54,181 bases of DNA from Fibrobacteria bacterium. GTDB taxonomy: Bacteria; Fibrobacterota; Fibrobacteria; UBA11236. The translations under genes were made by a program, and so were the position numbers. Where the stretch lies: assembly GCA_043732185.1 (NCBI GenBank), contig JAYTHY010000125.1, forward strand, positions 1 through 54,181. Direction: 5' to 3'. Below, one piece after another: positions 49,419-54,181 of this stretch (position 1 is its first letter; every line of letters begins with the position of its first letter). The notes beneath the pieces were generated by a model. The model searched no databases. It had not been told where the DNA came from and worked only from the letters and a program-made list of their open reading frames with translations.

Positions 49419-50276
49419 TTACACGTATTGATACCCCAAGGAAACGGTATTCCGGGTATCGGCCTCAGTATAGGTCCAAGGAGAAATCGCTCCTGCAATG
49501 ACAGGGTTTTGATGGCCGCCGGCAGGACTGTTGTACCAAAGCCACCACAACCTATCCAAGTTGGCATGGTGCAGCCAGAATACAGGATCGGCCGGCGATG
49601 TGCTGGGATCGCTCATGGTTCCGCCCACCCAGACGTGTACGCCACCATGGATACCGCTGATCGGGCCCGTGAAGTCGGCGTAATTGGTTTGTCCCATGGC
49701 CGCAGGTACTCCAGAAACGGTACCGGCAAGCCAACTTTCCGCGCCGGGGCTACGGATAACATTTATGGTACGGGTCGGCGTGTGCACGGTAGGCAAAATG
49801 CCCACGAGCCAATCGGGGAAATGTTGTTCGCTCGGTTTGGTCCAATCCCAGTAAGGAATGCACACATCGGGATGATACCGGTGCAGGGCTTCTTCAAAGA
49901 GGTGGAGGAATATACGATGCCAAGGCAATAGCCTTAGACTTCCATGCTGCATGTAGGCGCCCGCATGCAAATCCACCATGGCTCCCAAAGTGCCGTCGTT
50001 ATTGACCATATTGAAAGCGCAGATATACCGGGATTTTTCAATGTCGGTCAGGGTTGCTTGATCTTTCCGTTTGCAAATCGGAGGAAAGAACCAAGGCCAT
50101 TTTCGCGCGAGGGAAAGGGAAGCCTTATCCATCTCCAACATTTTCGCAAACGTCATGGATCGGGAAAGAGTGGGGAGATTGTCCAGTACCAACTGCTCAA
50201 TATTTCGGTGCGCGCGAGAATTCATGACGTCGAGCGAACTTGATTTGGCTTTTGATTTTGATTTTGTCTTGGGCAT
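49419..50276 (-). CDS. Tyrosinase (type-3 copper protein)
   Basis: CuA DLH...QHGSLRLLPWHR, IPYWDW, CuB IHGGVH...SPADPVFWLHHANLDRLW. Start ATG 50276 with GGAG RBS. Confidence 0.92.
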   Translation of the reverse strand: MPKTKSKSKAKSSSLDVMNSRAHRNIEQLVLDNLPTLSRSMTFAKMLEMDKASLSLARKWPWFFPPICKRKDQATLTDIEKSRYICAFNMVNNDGTLGAMVDLHAGAYMQHGSLRLLPWHRIFLHLFEEALHRYHPDVCIPYWDWTKPSEQHFPDWLVGILPTVHTPTRTINVIRSPGAESWLAGTVSGVPAAMGQTNYADFTGPISGIHGGVHVWVGGTMSDPSTSPADPVFWLHHANLDRLWWLWYNSPAGGHQNPVIAGAISPWTYTEADTRNTVSLGYQYV

Positions 50277-50450
50277 AGCATCTCCATTCGGTGGACTGAT
50301 TGGAACGCGTATTCCTCTCAGTGGTTTATTGAATCGGAGCTTTAGACTTTGGGAAAGTGGAGGATGGTAACCAAAATTTTCGCAGCGAGGAAAATTCCGA
50401 TCCAAATCGAGCGAGGCGCGAGGGAGAAACTATCGTTTCGGTACTTTTCG

Positions 50451-50505
50451 TCTGTCATCCCGGTGAAAACCGGGATTCAGATTAGTGCTTATACTGGACG
50501 ACAGA
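50451..50505. repeat. REP-like palindrome (GTCATCCCG...CGGGAT type), remnant of a doublet
   Basis: TCTGTCATCCCGGTGAAAACCGGGATTCAG has a perfect ATCCCGGT/ACCGGGAT stem and is followed by CTGGACGACAGA, whose end is complementary to the left end. Confidence 0.6.
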
Positions 50506-50534
50506 CTACTAGCTGAATCGTAATCATCCGTTCT

Positions 50535-53500
50535 CTAAAAAACCGTGAATTTCCGTACTATTCCGGCGACGCCTTTTCCATTGACCTTAACAATGTAAAT
50601 TCCCCGTTCGAGTTCCGGCAGCAGCACTTTCTGACCAACCGTACCAGTGGTTTCGACCCATTTGCGCGCTATCCGCTGTCCACGGAGGTTGACTATCTCG
50701 ATTGTTAACCGGTCGCCTTTGGGCCAGTTGAGTGAGAGAGAACAACCGCCGGTTTTGAGCATTGAAAATACGACGCTTTGACCGTTGGTTACGGGTCGCG
50801 CCGTGACAATTGCTGTCGTTGCGTCGTTGTAAATGGGAACATTGCAGAAGGTGAGTGCCGCGATATCGTTCGTTCCCCAGAGGAGATTGCTCCCACTCCA
50901 GGATCGGCTGTCGAGATATGTGATTTTCGTGGCGGTTGATGCGGCATTGAGCGTGAGCGTCAGGATATTGTCGGATAGCGCACCGGAAGCCACCTTGCCA
51001 CTCAGGCTGTCTAAATAGAACTGTGAGGTCAGGCCAGCGCTCCATTTTACCGGCTGGTCGAATTCGAGCGCGATGGCGGTTTTGGCGGTTGACGTGTAAT
51101 AGGCCCTCTTTAGGTCGGGTGGCGTGATCGACACGGTGGATTTTTTTCCGTAGTTGTCCCGTTCGACAAGCGGGGTCATGAGGCTTACGAACTCGTCGTA
51201 GCCTGCTTGTGAGGAATGACACCCTACACCTGCCTTGATGCCGAGGGTCGACATGATGCCCATGTTCGAATAGTGGTACGGCAGGGTTCTCTGCACTTCG
51301 CGGAGTATATTGTCCTGCCCGCCGGCACCGGCCTGGGAGCAACCATTGGGCCAGATCTGGAAAATGTAATAGTGTTTGATATTGGGGTAATCCTGTTTCC
51401 AGGCCGCCGACATATCGACAAAGTACTGAAGGTAGGTCTTCCATCCCCAAATGCCGGTGGGCCCATCGGAACCCTGGTCAGCCTCGCCCTGGTGCCAGAG
51501 CACGCCGCGGATGCTGTGCGTCAACTTCGCGCGCTGGATACGCGTGAGCAGTCTGCCGTAAATGGTGGTTGTGTCGGTAGGATTGACTTCGTTGCGCTGG
51601 TGCAGGTCGATACGAGTGCCTCCGACCGAGCCGTTAATGAGGCAGATCGGGACGTTGTAGGTAGTCACCAACCTCCGGGCGAACTCCAGGGGCCAGTACC
51701 CGACCTGGGCAATGCCGCCATTTGCCTTCCAGACCGCGTTCGCCCAAGTGCTCCCGGGCGAGTTTCCGCCCGCATTGCCGTAGGTTCTGATCCATTCACT
51801 GGTCGGAGGAGCAAAGTTTGCGGGAACACTTTCAACTGTTGTGCCATCCGCATTGGATTGGCCTTCGATAATGTAGGCGTCGCCGCAGAGAGTGTTGTTC
51901 ACGGTGTTGAGAAGCGTTTCGGTGGATCCGGTCTTGGAACCGAATTCTATTTTGTATTCTACAAGACCCGGGCCGATCTTGGGCGCAAAGCTGTAGGCAC
52001 CGGCCACAAGTGTCTGGGCCACCCTTTTGTAAAGGTTCGTCCCTGCGTAGATGTTCATATAGACGGAATCGGGCGCGGTGGTAAGCGTCCCTTTGTAATA
52101 AATACTGCAACTGTCATGATCGTCACGCGCATAGAACTGGTTGTCCACCGGTTTTTCGTTGGCATCCGGCTTGCGCACTGCCCAGGCGTCGGATGCTAAC
52201 TCGGTGACCGCGATGTCTACGGAGTGCGTTACCGGGACGCCACCATTGCTAATCGTGAGCGTTACCGTCATCTTCCCGCTACCCTGCGATCTCGTGAGCG
52301 TCAGTTTACCCGGAGTTATGGCTTTGACAACGGCGACGTTGGCTACGTCCCACGCATAGGTCAACGCGCCGACGCCCTGGGTTTGCATGGCACTCAAATT
52401 GGAAATCTGAGACGCTACATCAATGGAATCCCTTCCATTCCATGTCTTGGGAGCTACCAGAGTGAAAACCGGATCAGACTGGGCTTCGGTAATGTTTATC
52501 GTGACGGCTTGGGTTTTCATTCCGCTTGGGTACAATGCCCGGAACTCCAGCACCACAGTTTTGTCCCCCGACACCCGGCCGACAGGATAGTTGATGCTCT
52601 GGCGGTCCACGGCAATAATTTTTTCCGTTCCCGCTTCTTTCAGCACCCAATACGTTTTCTGAGCACCACCCGCACTGGCGGTTATTGCGGTGCTGCCGCC
52701 CTCATTCACCGTCACGGATGTCGGTGTAACAGAAAAAGCATTGCCTTCGGGAACCAGCAGCCCTGCCAGCGACTGCAAGGGGTTCTGATTTGCATAACAC
52801 ATCTTTATCCAGTCCTTCGATCGCCCTGCACTCTCGAAGCGGACCTCATCCAGCGCACCCTGAAACGGGCCGCGGGCTCCGCCATGGTTGCCGACAACGA
52901 CCGCCGTCGGCGAAGGCGTCGCCAGCGTTCCAATTGGGGTCTCCTTATCCAGGACTCCGTCCATGTAAAACCGGATGCTGTTCCCGGAAATGGAGAGGGC
53001 AACATGGTGCCACTGGTTGAGGGGAACAAGCGTGTTGCTTACGGGATCAGGTCCGTAAAGGTGAAGCTTGAACATGCCAAGACCCGTCATTGTCATGATA
53101 GACAATCCTAAACTCACATTATCCTGACCCCATCCTCCGATGCTGGCCGAGGCCCAGTTGGTGCCTTCAAAACTAGATCCATTGATCCACGCCGATAGGG
53201 TCCGATCCTGATTGCCCGACGGCATACAGGTAACTTTTCCATCACTTAGGCCGCCCGGCTGGCGGATTTCCATCCCCATGGTTGTTCCGAAGAGGCGCGC
53301 CCCTCCTATCATGCCGGTTTGGGATGTGGTGCTATTGTTGGCCCCGTCCAGATTGTTTTGGGTTGCATCTTCAATATTGTCACCAAAGTGCCAGGCACCG
53401 GCGAACCCGTTCGCCGTATCGAAAACTGCGGCCCCGTTCGACGCACTCGTCGCAGCGGAATTTCCCCAGTACATTTTGATGGCCTGCCGCGAGTTGCCCG

Positions 53501-53828
53501 TAATGGTCGGAATCCGTACCCATATCGATGCTTTCCCGTTTGCCGCATCCCACTCCTCAATCTGAAATGGGAGCGCTGTTCCCGAGGGAGTGGAAAAACG
53601 GATGTCTGCTCCACCTGTTGAGGCCTGGCTGAACTTAAAGAAATCTTTGTCGAGCCTGACGAGGAGCGGGAACCCTGTTTCCGACGCCGACGCCGGAATG
53701 TTCGCCCCATCAGGCGTTGTGATGATGAACAGCGAATCGGAATAGGTCCAGGCAGTATACTGGGCGAAGGCGTTTCCAACAAGTGCTGCGGCGGCAAGAA
53801 TCAAGGTGAGACACAATTTGTATTTCAT
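50535..53828 (-). CDS. Secreted DUF2341 + LamG + SGNH acetylesterase (DUF303/SASA-like) protein with C-terminal sorting-like tail
   Basis: Signal peptide from ATG 53828. FPLLVRL..DIRF..IEEWD..WVRIP (DUF2341), WHHVA..FYMDG..GALDEVRF (LamG), EGQSNA and WHQGEAD (SGNH). Tail IEIVNLRGQ...GIYIVKV. Confidence 0.87.
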   Translation of the reverse strand: MKYKLCLTLILAAAALVGNAFAQYTAWTYSDSLFIITTPDGANIPASASETGFPLLVRLDKDFFKFSQASTGGADIRFSTPSGTALPFQIEEWDAANGKASIWVRIPTITGNSRQAIKMYWGNSAATSASNGAAVFDTANGFAGAWHFGDNIEDATQNNLDGANNSTTSQTGMIGGARLFGTTMGMEIRQPGGLSDGKVTCMPSGNQDRTLSAWINGSSFEGTNWASASIGGWGQDNVSLGLSIMTMTGLGMFKLHLYGPDPVSNTLVPLNQWHHVALSISGNSIRFYMDGVLDKETPIGTLATPSPTAVVVGNHGGARGPFQGALDEVRFESAGRSKDWIKMCYANQNPLQSLAGLLVPEGNAFSVTPTSVTVNEGGSTAITASAGGAQKTYWVLKEAGTEKIIAVDRQSINYPVGRVSGDKTVVLEFRALYPSGMKTQAVTINITEAQSDPVFTLVAPKTWNGRDSIDVASQISNLSAMQTQGVGALTYAWDVANVAVVKAITPGKLTLTRSQGSGKMTVTLTISNGGVPVTHSVDIAVTELASDAWAVRKPDANEKPVDNQFYARDDHDSCSIYYKGTLTTAPDSVYMNIYAGTNLYKRVAQTLVAGAYSFAPKIGPGLVEYKIEFGSKTGSTETLLNTVNNTLCGDAYIIEGQSNADGTTVESVPANFAPPTSEWIRTYGNAGGNSPGSTWANAVWKANGGIAQVGYWPLEFARRLVTTYNVPICLINGSVGGTRIDLHQRNEVNPTDTTTIYGRLLTRIQRAKLTHSIRGVLWHQGEADQGSDGPTGIWGWKTYLQYFVDMSAAWKQDYPNIKHYYIFQIWPNGCSQAGAGGQDNILREVQRTLPYHYSNMGIMSTLGIKAGVGCHSSQAGYDEFVSLMTPLVERDNYGKKSTVSITPPDLKRAYYTSTAKTAIALEFDQPVKWSAGLTSQFYLDSLSGKVASGALSDNILTLTLNAASTATKITYLDSRSWSGSNLLWGTNDIAALTFCNVPIYNDATTAIVTARPVTNGQSVVFSMLKTGGCSLSLNWPKGDRLTIEIVNLRGQRIARKWVETTGTVGQKVLLPELERGIYIVKVNGKGVAGIVRKFTVF

Positions 53829-54009
53829 AAAACAGGCCCATTTCTTATCGTTAAAATGTTTGGCATGGAGCAGGATCAAAACATAGTCTTTGGTGAAACA
53901 TCCAGCCTGCCGATTCGCACTTCTTGAATTTTATTCAGCTTCTATTACTAAACGATAACTGTCTAAAAAATGAATATTATTGCATTTATTTCGAAAATAG
54001 GGGTAAATG

Positions 54010-54028
54010 ACTTTAGTATTACTAAAGT
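54010..54028. promoter_or_regulatory. Perfect 9-1-9 inverted repeat, putative operator
   Basis: ACTTTAGTA-T-TACTAAAGT in an AT-rich non-coding region upstream of the DUF2341 gene. Confidence 0.5.
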
Positions 54029-54181
54029 AAACCGGGAATAAAGGCATTTCCACAAAACCCACTGGTTGAAGCCGTTACCTACTCCCCTTGGGTCAGGTCA
54101 AAATGTCCGCTTAACCTCCACTAAAACGGGGCGAAGGAACGGACATAATGAGACAGAAATACCATAATCGGATAGCAATCG

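Noticed and set aside
50342..50458. 38-aa minus-strand ORF (MTDEKYRNDSFSLAPRSIWIGIFLAAKILVTILHFPKV) upstream of tyrosinase as a candidate precursor peptide
   Set aside because: Its ATG lies inside the REP-like palindrome, it has no RBS, and it has no precursor-like features.
48574..53111. Long antisense or alternative-frame ORFs (48574..49431, 50587..51450, 51216..52199, 52224..53111)
   Set aside because: They are shadows of well-supported genes in GC-rich coding sequence and carry no motifs of their own.

Overview
This is a gene-dense bacterial chromosomal window of about 43 CDS. I found no rRNA, tRNA, CRISPR array or intact mobile element. Five predicted secreted proteins end in FlgD-Ig/T9SS-type-A-like tails, which suggests an FCB-group organism, most likely Fibrobacterota (inference). 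From left to right the window holds: a decayed Fic pseudogene; surface-polysaccharide genes (GT4, Wzx flippase, WcaJ-like transferase) with a GGQ peptidyl-tRNA-hydrolase-like gene among them; dedA-murG; an Rrf2-sbp-cysT-cysW sulfate operon that lacks cysA and meets a convergent YeeE/YedE pair; TerC, MMPL and CorA transporters; a DUF4412-C39 peptidase-RimK-GCS2 peptide-ligase operon facing a transglutaminase; a PQQ sugar dehydrogenase; an orphan DUF2063 gene; an HTH-PAS regulator; an LRR protein; and a DUF2341/LamG/SGNH esterase. The standout is a co-directional five-gene oxidase operon (42939-50276, minus strand). It encodes a tyrosinase, a two-domain multicopper oxidase with an extra cupredoxin, a copper-radical oxidase with an N-terminal ComEA-like HhH domain, a LodA-type CTQ oxidase and a LodB flavoprotein. 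The four oxidases keep their catalytic motifs and none of the five proteins has a visible signal peptide. Three carry Met/His-rich inserts, and a shared 9-bp motif precedes the first two genes. All family calls come from motif recognition by eye, not database searches.
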